A stretch of DNA of 32,049 nucleotides from Octopus bimaculoides. Its lineage: Eukaryota. This document shows positions 11,173 through 23,223 of this stretch, in pieces. The notes under the pieces are model-generated. The model ran no database searches. It was not told the origin of the DNA and saw nothing but the letters and a program-made list of their open reading frames with translations. The translations under genes and the position numbers were made by a program. The stretch's first letter is position 1. Each line of letters begins with the position of its first letter. The DNA lies in assembly GCF_001194135.2 (NCBI RefSeq), contig NC_068990.1, positions 8,436,329-8,468,377 of the forward strand, in the 5' to 3' direction.

Positions 11173-11387
11173 GTGTCTTTGTGTCTGTGTTTATCTCCCA
11201 ATAGCACTTGATGATCGGTGTTGATGCGTTTACGCCCCTGTAACATAACAGTTTAGCAAAAGAAAGCAGTTGTATAATACCAGACTTTAAAAATAAGTAT
11301 TGGCTTCCATTCGTTCGACTAAAATCTTTCAAAGCAGTGCTCTGCATGGCTGCACACTAATAACTGGAACAATTAAAAGACAAAAGG
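11173..11387 (+). mobile_element. SINE family B, 3' portion (plus strand, degenerate)
   Basis: gtgtctgtgtttatctccc...gcgtttacgcccctgtaac...gcaaaagaaa...ttcgttcgactaaaatctttcaaagcagtgctctgcatggctgcac...aaaagacaaaagg. Confidence 0.75.
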
Positions 11388-11390
11388 CAC

Positions 11391-11393
<3 letters not shown>

Positions 11394-11484
<91 letters not shown>
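11394..11484. repeat. Compound (CT)n(CA)n microsatellite
   Basis: Directly visible, immediately after the SINE tail. Confidence 0.96.
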
Positions 11485-11487
<3 letters not shown>

Positions 11488-12152
11488 CACCCACAGATAA
11501 ATATATACATTGATACTGATATTGACAATGCAATTGCAAAGATCCTTCGCAGATTCTGCAGCATTTTTGTGACAGATCTTTTGCAGCATTTTTGTGACGT
11601 TTTGATTGGATTAAAGGTGAGGCTTGACGATACAGAATTTACCAAAAGTATCAGACAACAACGCCTAATGAAAATTCCATATTGAATACCCGAGTACGTA
11701 GTCTTCAGCAATATTAGCAAGGAAATGTTATACTGTATTAATATAACTTAAACGCAAGTAGGCAAATATAAACTTCCGTGGTTGTTTTCCATTAGGCTAG
11801 GATCAGGAAGTAAATATGTCACTAATGCCACAAAATTGCGGCAGTTCCCACCGTATCACTAAAGAAAGGTTTCACTGCTGCTGCTTGCCATTATGTTTTT
11901 CTTAACCAGTTTTGATTTCAGAATCGTTTTTAGTGCTAACGATGTGTCTCTTCATTACAACTGAAATTACATTCGATTAAAAAAAATATCCTTCCAATTC
12001 TACATTGCACATGTCGCTTAATTACAAACTTTTATAATCTTGCTGCGAAATAATATGACGTAGTATTTAATCTGCAGTGTCCTGATAAACAGTGTAACAG
12101 ATGTTTGACATCTCAATTTCATGACCTGAATGGGTCTCGCATTAGGTGATGA

Positions 12153-12215
12153 TGTTGCTGCTACACTAAATGCAGCATTTAGTGTAATAATTGTCTGGAA
12201 TATTCTACGGTCTGA

Positions 12216-12255
<40 letters not shown>

Positions 12256-12318
12256 TCAAACCACAGAAGATTCCAGACCATTATTACACTCACAGTAGCA
12301 ATTCATGTAGCAGTAACA
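12153..12318. repeat. Long inverted repeat (66-bp arms) around a (TA)n core
   Basis: Arms 12153-12218 and 12253-12318 are ungapped complementary at 52 of 66 positions by manual count. The spacer is TT(AT)16. Confidence 0.9.
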
Positions 12319-13407
12319 TATACACACATATAAATATACACACACGTATATATACACATATATACATACATATACATATATGTGTAGATATATATGCAAC
12401 TATATATATATATATATGTGTGTGTGTATATACATATACATATATACACAATAATATGTATATATATATATATATCATACAAGCAGTGGCAAACAAACAC
12501 ACACATGCAGATCCATATACTCACACTCTAACACATATGCACGTAAATATAAACACAGTGCAGGAGACAATCCAACCTTTCTGCTTGGTGGATTTAATCA
12601 TCATTTTCCCTAGCTTAAACAAAATCATTTAATATAACGGCTAATACCGACAACAGGAACATATGTCATCTTATGGTAGCATATATAAAATAAAGATTAA
12701 GAGATTATGAAATAATTTTCCTATTATACATCGAAAATGAGAAGATTTATTTATGTATCCTTTCAGTAATTCTTTAGCTTTTGCTTTTCAAACCTTGATG
12801 CGGTTTCTTCACATGTTCCATTTTTCCTTTCGTCAATTATTGTTCATTTTTACCTGGAGCCTTGCATGCTTTCTTGTTTTATGAAATCTCTCTCCAAACC
12901 ACATCGAGCATTCACTTCTTGTTTTTATAATTTTAGCATTTTTCTGCCATATAAGACGAACATTTTTCTTTATGATTGACAGTTTCTTCGTCGGCTTAAC
13001 TTGCAATAACCTGTTGTACATCGTTATCTTTCTATCCTTAACTTTACACTTTCTATTTTATTTATTCGTCTTTATTATTCTCCACTAACTTAATTTCTTG
13101 TTTCTTCTCTTTCTCTGTATCTCTCTTTCCCTTGAAATACAATATTGCTTCTTCCAATGCAATCCGAAGGACAGCCGTGTAAAATCCTAATAATGAATTT
13201 TAAGTTCAAATAGTATTGCGAATATTCGGTGGTATATTGAAATGAAACGCGTCGAGGTATGGTCTGGATATGTTTTGTGACATTACACTGTAAAAGCAGT
13301 GGCAAATGATTAATTACCATCTGTAAGAGTCTTGTCCAATTACAAGCTAATGCATCTAACAAGCACATGACGGGTTATTATGTTTGTTTTACAGACCACC
13401 ATGTACA

Positions 13408-13442
13408 GTGCTCCAGCATGGCCGCAGTCAAATGACTGAAAC
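13408..13442 (+). mobile_element. SINE family B, isolated 3' tail fragment
   Basis: gtgctccagcatggccgcagtcaaatgactgaaac matches the tail of the other family B copies. Confidence 0.7.
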
Positions 13443-16400
13443 GACATTTTCGAAATCATTGAAACAATATTTTCCAAATGACGACTTTAGCAGAAACAAT
13501 GTGAATGGAATACCATTTCAAACATTCTTTGTCTCCGCTTCTCCCATTCTCTCATTTTTCTCTATCTCCCTCAGATGTAGCATTTTAAAACCGACTTCGA
13601 AAGTATCTAGAGTGTTCGTGTATTTCAATCAAACTGGAACGTTAGAACACCCTTGAAACGTATTGTATGCCATAACAGCAAGTAAGTTTGCTGCTTGCCA
13701 AACGTACTTCGGATTCATGAAAAGTTAGGGTTATCAGATCAAACGTCCAAAGAAAGAAGCCAGCCGAGAAAAAAAAACAAAAAAAACAAGCGATTCATCA
13801 TTGTCAACGAAGAAACAGTGTCGTCCAGGAATAAACATGCAACGAAAAACAATCGATGTGGAGTCAAACACTTCAAATCAAACAACAGCTCCTATACAAT
13901 ATTGTTTGCATAGGCCAATTATAAATAACATGCATAGCTTTGTTTTCTGCATTGTAATGACTGCAAAATTGCCAGTTTTCCTTGCAGCACAATACAAGAA
14001 CGACATTCATAAAAGAGCTGAAATGGTAAATACTGCGGTAATAATAAGTTAGTTATCATTAGTGAATTGTAGGTTGTATAAATTTAGGTTCGTAACAGAA
14101 CTAGCGACCAATTTATTCTTCTGCCATTCATCCTAATCAGTGAACGTTCTTTTTGCTATAAACAATCATAAACATGAGAGAAACGCTGGCGAAAAGGAAA
14201 TATCGTAAGCCAGTGAAAGAGAGAAAACTTTTTTTAAAATGAGAGAGTAATGGGAATATATCTCAGAAAATATAACAGACAGACAAAAATATATCTTTTG
14301 CAAAATATAACTTTAAAAAACAAGTGAATATGAGAGGCAGAAGAGAGAACAAAGATGTTATAACTGTAGAGAAATAATATTTTAGAGAATTAGGCTAAAG
14401 TATAGAAATAAAAAAAATACACAAGAAAATAAAATATCAAAAAACAAAGGTTGCATAAAAGAAAGAAATATGTAGGAAAAAGAAAAAAAGAAACAGGCGA
14501 ATCAAAGATTGACGTATAAGATAAAAACAGGGATTTTACTATGAAAATCTGCAGAAAAACTATGGACAGAAGAACCGATTGAATGCCAGTGTATGTGTTT
14601 AATTGTGTTTCGAAGCCTGATTATGTATCTGAAAAAATATATCCCTAGGCTCTATATGCAAAACGTTTTCAAATGCTGTACTATAACTGAGCCAGCAGGA
14701 ATTATGATGGATTTTCTTTTGAGTACCACTTTAGAATCAAAACAATTTCTCAAACAAAAACAGTCTAGCACGCAATTGTTTTGCAGTGGACATCTTTCTA
14801 CCCATTTGAAAGAGCAAATTTATCAGAAATTTTTTTTTATTTCTCCAGCCTTTACCAAATAAACTACAACAATTTTTACAGATATATTTTGTATTTGATG
14901 CTCAAAAGAGGCATAATAACGCAACAAGAACAGTAAAAGAAGATAATTTAAAGCTTCATATAAATTATTCTTATGCTAGACATTTTCGTTATGTGTAAGG
15001 ATGTACTGCATCTATGGATATTTACGTTGCTATCAATGCAAAAAAAAATATATATATAAATGAAATATATTAAATAGAGAAACCAATTCACTGGTGAACA
15101 TGATTTAAACATCCTTATTACAATGGAGTGGTTAGAGGAGATCTTAACAAACAAGGCATTATTTTGATGTGTTATGCCGGCAACAGCAGCAAAACCATAT
15201 ATCAAAGCCGTTCATATAGAGCTTTGTAATATCCCTCCTATTTCCCCAACGATGGATATCGATTATATTACTCAGGACCTTACTGATATTTATGTCAAAC
15301 TGTAATCGCAGAGGTTGTACGATGTAAAGCACTAAAAATCTACTTTCAGGATCCTATATATATTTTACGTGATGGCATTAAGAGAGTTATGGTTATGAAA
15401 GCACAGACAACTTTGTACTTTCTCATCAAGTTTTACACGAGTGAGCTATATATCTACGAGAGAACACAGGTTGCCATGATCAATGCATGAAAATATCGAT
15501 GTCCATGTATCATCTACATTTGCTTTATTCCAAACCAAATTACTCAAGATTTTATCTAAATTTTTCAAATGGTTGAGCCTTGTAACTATGTTGTAAATAT
15601 ATCTCTATTACTACAGCGTTAAAGATACTCAATTGAATGGAAATAATAGATCTGACTCAACAAATATTTAAACCTGGCATTTGAATAGTTATCTATTCCA
15701 CAGCCATTTGTTCGGCAGAAATTCAAATCCCTACAAAAGATGATGCACATTTGAAAGTTGGCGTAATGAACATGATTATTTGTTCACGTCGTCTCTCTCA
15801 ACTTCATCGAACTTTGAATGTAAGACAACATATATATAGAAAGGTTGTGCAGTGAATTTATTTGAAGAAACTGACCAGATAAGTGAGAAAAATCATGTAA
15901 ATGATGAGAAACATAACATGAATACTTTGCAAAAAGAATATCCAAAATGAATTGGATGTTAATGGAAAGTATTTTATTGCCCTTCTTAACAAAGGTATTA
16001 AATCTACATGAGAGTATGTTGTGCTGTAATTCCCTCAGTCTATGAACTAAATTTGTAAATAAGTTGACAGAGGCTCGGACACTGCAATGTTCACTGTCTT
16101 ACGAAAAATGTAACAAAATGGAAATACACAATTCTTGATGGAGTAATATATTAAAATAAATGACATTTTTGATGAGAATTCGGCGTCTTGAACGATACAC
16201 CCCAGGTTAATTATGAACTAACATTTCAAAGAATAAAGAAAAAAATCATTTTTAAACTTGCGTCTCGGTATACTTGTATAGAAGCATGTACGCACAGATG
16301 CACATATATTTGTGCTTATCTAGTCAAATCGAAAAATCGAACATTAAACATAACAAACAAGAGGACGTGCACACGGAATGTATTAGACACACAATAAAAA

Positions 16401-16446
16401 TACTTTTACATACTACAAATAGATACGTACACACATACAAGCTCAT

Positions 16447-16450
<4 letters not shown>

Positions 16451-16530
<80 letters not shown>
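16451..16530. repeat. (AC)40 microsatellite
   Basis: Pure 80-nt tract. Confidence 0.97.
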
Positions 16531-16536
<6 letters not shown>

Positions 16537-17029
16537 ACATGAAAAATATAATCGTCTCTAAACGCGACTAAGGATGTCAAAAAACATACATTGCTACAAA
16601 TAAGAGCAATGTGGCTTGACACCTTTAGTCATGTTTAGTGACGTCTATATTTTCCTTCTATTTAGCGTAACACATTGAGCATAACTGTTTACATTAATTT
16701 GTGTGTGTGTGTATGTGCGTTCGTGCGTGCGTGTGTGTGTGTGTGTGTAGCAGTAGTAGTAGTAGTTGATTAACTGAAGAGGAGTACAGAATCTGTATAT
16801 CAAGGAAAAGAAGGTAGTCAGCGCTTAGATAAAAACCTATTTATTAAGCGCTTTCATCCCTTTCAGGAATTAATCATGAGTGAGTTTATTGAAATTTTAT
16901 ACCTTTTATGCATATGTTTTACTTAGATTGCTCTGTACTTTGAGTATCCCTATCATTGCCTTTCTTTCTCTCAAATTTCTGTGCGTATAAATTTATGTGC
17001 ATGTACATATAGTTATTCTACTAGGTTTT

Positions 17030-17410
17030 CTCTCTGCTCTGAGTATCTCTCTTCTCACCTCTCCTTGCTTTTTCCTTCTCTTTTTTAAAACTTCTCCCCT
17101 TTACACCATCTCTCCCCAACTTATTCCTTACTTATCTCCTGTCTATCCGATCTTCCCCGTTCACACTTCTCTGCTTTTCCCTCCCCTCCAGCCGTTTTCC
17201 TCTTTCCTTCCTCACACACTCTTCTCTCTTAGCCTCATCTCCTCCTCGACTTACTCTTCTCTCTGTCTCATCCTACTCTCCACTGACTTACTCTTCTTTT
17301 CCCCTCATGCATCAATTTTCACTCCCTCTCGCACGCCACTTGCTCTGTCCTCTTACCTTTCACTTCCTTCCCACCCACCCTCTTTCCTTCCTCGCTTCTC
17401 TGTTTCATCT
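17030..17410. repeat. Polypyrimidine (CT-rich) low-complexity tract
   Basis: About 380 nt dominated by C and T on the plus strand; produces the S/L/P/F-rich ORF 16997..17437. Confidence 0.85.
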
Positions 17411-18172
17411 TACGCAGTTGTGAGATTCACCCACTGATACACGATTATATATGAAGAGTCGTAATGAGATTCACAGCCACTGTCTGTACTTATGAAACAT
17501 TCAGAGTTGGTACCGCATTCAGTGTTGGTAACCGCATTTTCCTAGGATTCATCTTTGAATGGTAGTGGAATAAACACGCATGGTAACATCTAATGGGTCC
17601 TTAGATAATCAAATTAGTATTAGCTTAAATGTTCTGTGGAATTATTTAGCTGAAATGACAGGAAATCCAAATAATATCACAGTTTCGGTTTACAATAACT
17701 TACCGACAAACTATGAAATGCACATAAAAATCCTTAACTGCTAAACATTCCGATGGCAAAGCATCAAACATTTTTACGAAGTTAGAGCTAACCGAAGTTC
17801 TAAAACACTACTCAAAATATTATATTCAATGCAAACTCAAAAATTTATATCCGATTGAACATATTCTGAGAAGGCCAAATCTCCCAGTGGCCTTTTTGAA
17901 TCGAACGCTATGTTAGACGTTGCGGAACCTAAATGTGATGAAAGAGATTTGCAAAGAATTGTATTTCCACTAGCTAGTTTTATTTTAGCTATTTCTATTT
18001 AATGAGCCATTTTGCATTTATTTTTCTCCCTCAGTCTAGATACATGAATTGTTTTTAATGAGACATCTATTTTACTTCACTTCAAATATCTATCTTTTCG
18101 TTAACTTTTATTTAAATCTCGTTCTATATTTGTGGCGAATGAACTGAACATTGTTATTATTTATACCATAGT

Positions 18173-18549
18173 AAGGCGGTGAGCTGTCAGAGTCGTTAAC
18201 ACGCTGGATGAAATGCTTAGTGGTATTTCGCCCGTCGCTACGTTCTGAGTTCAAATTTCGCCGAGGTCGACTTTACCTTTCATCATTTCTGTTGTGTCGA
18301 CGCCCCCAAGCGAAGAAGTAGGATCGCAGAGACATATAAATAAAGGTAGTCTGGGCGTGGTAGGGGGTTGAGTAGCTGTTGAGTAGCAGTCGAGTAGAGA
18401 TCATCTGAAGGTGCTAGATAGCAGTAGCTTCAGACATAATAATTTCAAGGTCAATAAATTAAGTACCAGTGAAACTCCGGGTTCGATGTAATCGACTAGT
18501 CCCCTCCCCGAAAGCTTCGGGCCTTGTGCCCATAATACAAAGAATTATT
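18173..18549 (+). mobile_element. SINE family A, full length, interrupted by a 152-bp insertion
   Basis: aaggcggtgagctgtcagagtcgttaacacg...gttctgagttcaaatttcgccgaggtcgactttacctttcatcatttc [insertion] aaggtcaataaattaagtaccag...gggccttgtgccc; colinear with the 1665-1876 copy once the insertion is removed. Confidence 0.9.
18290..18441. mobile_element. Solo LTR-like insertion with 5-bp TSD (ATTTC)
   Basis: ATTTC at 18285-18289 and 18442-18446. Termini TGTTGTGTC / GACATAATA are complementary at 7 of 9 positions, consistent with TG...CA decayed to TG...TA. TATAAATAAA lies at 18335-18344. Removing the insertion and one TSD restores the SINE. Confidence 0.8.
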
Positions 18550-18818
18550 CATATCATAGTAGTAGAAGGTCAATACCTCAAGCACAGTATGCCATGATTT
18601 ACTTGTATTTATTTACAATTTTGTGAGTAAGCGGTACCATGATCATGTTAAGACGTGTTGACACTCGAATATTTCAGTAATTTTGCATCTAGTCAAAATA
18701 TAGAACTTCCCAAAATAACTCAATTATATCTCATAAATATTCGTTTCATTGATCATTACGTGTGTGTGTGTGTGTGTGTGTTTGTGCCTGCGTGAGTGTG
18801 TTTGTGTACATACATACA

Positions 18819-18857
<39 letters not shown>

Positions 18858-19496
18858 ACTCTTCTAAACGCTTCCGCTACATATGGTAAACCCATTCTAA
18901 AGGACTAAAGGAGTGATGATGATGATGATGATGATGATAAAATTCATTATACATTTTGTACGCATTCCGGAAATCTATAGATGTCGATGTTGTTCAATTA
19001 TAACACAGAATATAAAATTCCCATGCGTAATGTTACATTCTATATATTTTTTGACAATATTAGATTCCATGGCAATATAAGCTATTGTGCCCAACTATGC
19101 AAATTTACTCTAGTCGCACATAATGTGAAAGCTAATAGGCATTTCTCAAATAGAATATCTAGTGGTATTGGTGTAGGCGTTTCTATATGTATATTAGTTT
19201 TATGTGGACTACGATAATTTTAATCGAAGCAAAACTTAATACAAAATGGCGTCCCATAAATATATTCAAAAGTTGTTTCAAGATCGATTTATAACATGAT
19301 ATTCTATTTCGCAACCTATCGGCTTACCAGCTAATAATATAATCCACCTGTAGATGTCAATTTAACTTTTCAAACTGAAGATATGTATAAATTCAATTGT
19401 GTGGCTTCACACACACACATGTGCGTGCGTGCGCGCACACACACACACACGCACACACACACACACACATGTGCGTGCGTGCGCGCACACACACAC

Positions 19497-19632
19497 NNNN
19501 NNNNNNNNNNNNNNNNNNNNNNNNNNNNNNNNNNNNNNNNNNNNNNNNNNNNNNNNNNNNNNNNNNNNNNNNNNNNNNNNNNNNNNNNNNNNNNNNNNNN
19601 NNNNNNNNNNNNNNNNNNNNNNNNNNNNNNNN
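19497..19632. other. Assembly gap (N run)
   Basis: N run between (CA)n and (TA)n. Confidence 1.
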
Positions 19633-19924
19633 ATATATATATATATATAAATACATGCATACACCAAAACATACAGAGACACACGTTCACACATGTGCAC
19701 ATATGCATACTAACATGTTATTTACTGAGTCTGATGGAAGGCAAGGTACTCTTGACTTTTACTAACCATTCTAGTCCTAATGGCGTTAATGTACATTTGG
19801 AAATTCAACACCTTCGGAGAAATCACGAAAAAAAATTCTAGAGTGCGAATATTCTGAGAAGGAAAGGGTAGGTGCAGTGATAATTATGTAACCTAAGACA
19901 AAATGTTAGGCTTCGTAAAGATCC

Positions 19925-20140
19925 CATCCAGCTCCAAAGAGCATAAACCATTATAATAGCAGAGAAAGATGAGAAATGAAAGTGTGTTGAATAGGCCAGC
20001 CGGGGCAGCGGTTGAGCATATCAGTGGCGATTTGGTGTCCAAGTTGTTGCGTGTGAGGCATCCACACCTTCGTACATAAGAAAGCGATAGTGTGTTATGC
20101 GTCGCACCTGAGGCTTGTAGAGAGTCAAGAATCCTTAGGA
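19925..20140 (-). mobile_element. Degenerate non-LTR retrotransposon (LINE) ORF2 C-terminal relic
   Basis: Frameshifted minus-strand peptides FLTLYKPQVR, QPL and FLCYYNGLCSLEL occur in the order expected for the region downstream of the RT domain in CR1/L2/Jockey-type LINEs (recalled motifs such as TLYKxQVRP and QPLxHRR...YYNGxCS). GC-richer than flanks. Confidence 0.5.
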
Positions 20141-20520
20141 GTTGAAGCAGCTTCTCAAAATCAATTGATCGATACATGATTGGGATGCTATCGTATTCAT
20201 ATTAAGGATTTTCTTGTGTCAACAGAGATCTTCAGTCATAACGAAAATCACTATTTCGAGCAATTCTGAGAGCCGCAAATGAATGGTTAAACATTTAGAG
20301 TGAACAGTCATCGAGTAGTTTTTATTGATATGCAACATAGGTATCTTTTGCTACTGAGACAAAAGTTGACATATACCTTTTGGACAAATACTTACCACAT
20401 CATGAAGTGAGTTTCTATATGGCGTGTAACAGCTGTCATTCTACTATGTTTCTATTATTTATACGGCTGAAACTCCCTCTCTCCACCTCTGTCTCTTCCT
20501 CTCTCTCTCTCTGTGTACAC

Positions 20521-20580
<60 letters not shown>

Positions 20581-20748
20581 NNNNNNNNNNNNNNNNNNNN
20601 NNNNNNNNNNNNNNNNNNNNNNNNNNNNNNNNNNNNNNNNNNNNNNNNNNNNNNNNNNNNNNNNNNNNNNNNNNNNNNNNNNNNNNNNNNNNNNNNNNNN
20701 NNNNNNNNNNNNNNNNNNNNNNNNNNNNNNNNNNNNNNNNNNNNNNNN
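20581..20748. other. Assembly gap (N run)
   Basis: N run between (TG)n and (TA)n. Confidence 1.
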
Positions 20749-20821
20749 ATATATATATATATATATATATACATAAAAAAGCGTGCGTGTATATGTGCGT
20801 GTGTGTTTGTCCATTTAATGT

Positions 20822-20931
20822 GTTCGAATTTCACTGAGGTTTACTTGTATTTCATCCTTTTGGGGTCGATAAATCAAGTACCATTTGAGCACTAGGGTCT
20901 GTGTAATCGACTATTCACATACACCAAAATT
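20822..20931 (+). mobile_element. SINE family A, partial (box B to 3' region)
   Basis: gttcgaatttcactgaggt...tttcatccttttggggtcgataaatcaagtacc...tagggtctgtgtaatcgact. Confidence 0.75.
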
Positions 20932-22183
20932 CCATACAGGATTATTATTATTATCATTACTACAATAATCATCATCAGCATCATCATGTCTTTTAGCGAT
21001 ACTAATAACTGATGTTAGAAATCCATATATATGTGCTTCACAACAAAGTGCCAATCGGGTACAGAGCAGTAATATGAAATTAAAAGGACAGAGAAATAAG
21101 AAACTTTGTCATAAACTTCATTAGCTTACTGCCGCTTCTGCTATAAAATGCAATGCACTCATTGTTGAATGCTTCTGTATCACCCTGTCGTTTCATTAGG
21201 GCTTCATACATGAAGCTAGTGAAGTTCATGACATGTTTTATATTCCTTTGTCATCTGAATTTCTTACATGTGTGTGTGTATATATATAACTTCAAATCCA
21301 TATCGTTGATCTATGTTAGCCTGAAGATATTTGCAATTATATACACATAGGATGATGCGAGCCTATGCAACGATTACAAATATTATGAGGTTAATCTATC
21401 TAAAAGATTACCGAGAGGTTTATAGAGGAAAGGATATTTGCAAAATATTGAAAACCTACTGAAGGCTGGCAGCGAGAGTGCAATTGAGAATATGTCCCAT
21501 CCGTTTAAGTCGACTGAATAAATACTATGCATAATCGCAAAACCAAGAACAAAGGCTGCGTACAATTATATTCAAATCATCATTATACGATATAGGTCAC
21601 AAAAAATGTCTAATCATTGATATATTTGCATCTTCGGAGATATGCTAATATATAGACACTTTTGAAATTAGCATGTTGACTTGCGTGTGGTTCGTAGCTC
21701 AATGAAGGCATAGTAGATCTCAATACTGATTCTTACCTTGTTCTATCCATGTCCTCGCTTCTATGTAGCAACTAGAAAATCATTTTCGAGTAAATTGTGT
21801 GTATGCTTGTATTTATGTGTGTATGCGTGTATGTGTGTATTTATGTGTGTACTTGCATGTGTCTGTGTGTATAAAATGCATAACAGAAACAAGTGCGACA
21901 TAACAATATTTTTATACTTGTTAGTTTCTTAGAAACATGGCATCTCCAAGAAACTACATAAACAATTTATGCATTTTAATGTATATATTTTTGTTTTGAT
22001 ATGGTTTCTCTTTTAATACTAAGAAATATGTAAATACATTCATCCGTTCCCATAGATACATACACACACGCATACATGCACATACGCTCATACACACATA
22101 TATACAATACAGTTTGTGTGATTGTCTGTGTACGTATTCAAGAGGTGTATGTAAGTTTGTATATTCGAGCAAATGCATACTCA

Positions 22184-22243
<60 letters not shown>

Positions 22244-23181
22244 CAAATCTATCTATCTTTTGTGTGTGGGTGGGGTGAACAGATATCGATCATATATGTT
22301 GAAAAAAACCTCTTAAAATATCGAAAGAGATAAAAGAAACATACCTTCTCCCATGAAAATCTAAATAGACATTGTTTTGCTTCGAGCCAAACGCCGTAAT
22401 CATTACACTATGTTACGATGTAAATTTTATGGAAATATATACATTCTATATACTCCTGTACACATCAAATACATAAGTGCATAAATGCATAAATAATAAT
22501 ATTTTCCGATGCTTCTCAAGAATCTTATATGTTCAGTCCTATTCATTACCAGAAGATACACACAACTTTGAAAATAATATTGTATGACACAGCTTGCAGA
22601 CACTTTAAAATAAATGGAATTGAAATTGCAAACATTCTGTATAGCTATTTCTAGAAGAAAAATTTGTTTTTCTATTTCTAACATATGTATTATTTAATTC
22701 ACTACAATCTCTGGTTTGAAACAATTACCTTTAAATGGTTTATTATATATTTTTCAATTGCTATTTTTTTTTTAACCGGCTGTGAAACACTTCACTCAGG
22801 TGAATTTTTACTTTGGTAGGATAAACTCCAAAGTTTGGTCTTTTAAAACAGCTATTCACTTAGAAATATATATCTTTCTGTAATGGAAATATATTACGTC
22901 AACGTTTTTTTTTATAAATTAAGCGAATTTTAAGGAGGAAAAGATAAAAATATTCTTATTTATTATATTCTTTATAGAAATGAAAGAAGCAACTTCCAAA
23001 ATCGTTAAAATGTCACACATGACATAACAGTTGGTGTTTCTTCTTTGAACGATAGTTTCAGCAGTCACCTTTAATAAGTATGAGTGGATGCTAAAATACT
23101 AAAACTAGTTGATAGCGAAGGTCAAACTGAAAGCATTTTCTCAACTCACACATGCGCAATTGCACAAAACACCCATGCAAG

Positions 23182-23223
<42 letters not shown>

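Noticed and set aside
13243-13256. GAAACGCGTC, a hammerhead 3' half as seen in Penelope-like elements
   Set aside because: No CUGANGA box or stem II upstream.
14545-14862. About 105-codon stop-free frame on the plus strand
   Set aside because: No recognisable domain, no convincing splice sites, and composition like the AT-rich background.
16855-16885. tttcAG|13 nt|GTGAGT micro-exon-like arrangement
   Set aside because: 13 nt is not frame-preserving, one phase has a stop, and such pairs are expected by chance.
19409-19496. Duplicated unit acacatgtgcgtgcgtgcgcgcacac next to a gap
   Set aside because: A compound microsatellite abutting an N run; it could be an assembly overlap artefact.
21737-21771. 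Minus-strand 35-nt exon candidate (ttttctAG...caag|GTAAGA)
   Set aside because: Not a multiple of three, weak pyrimidine tract, and no homology support.
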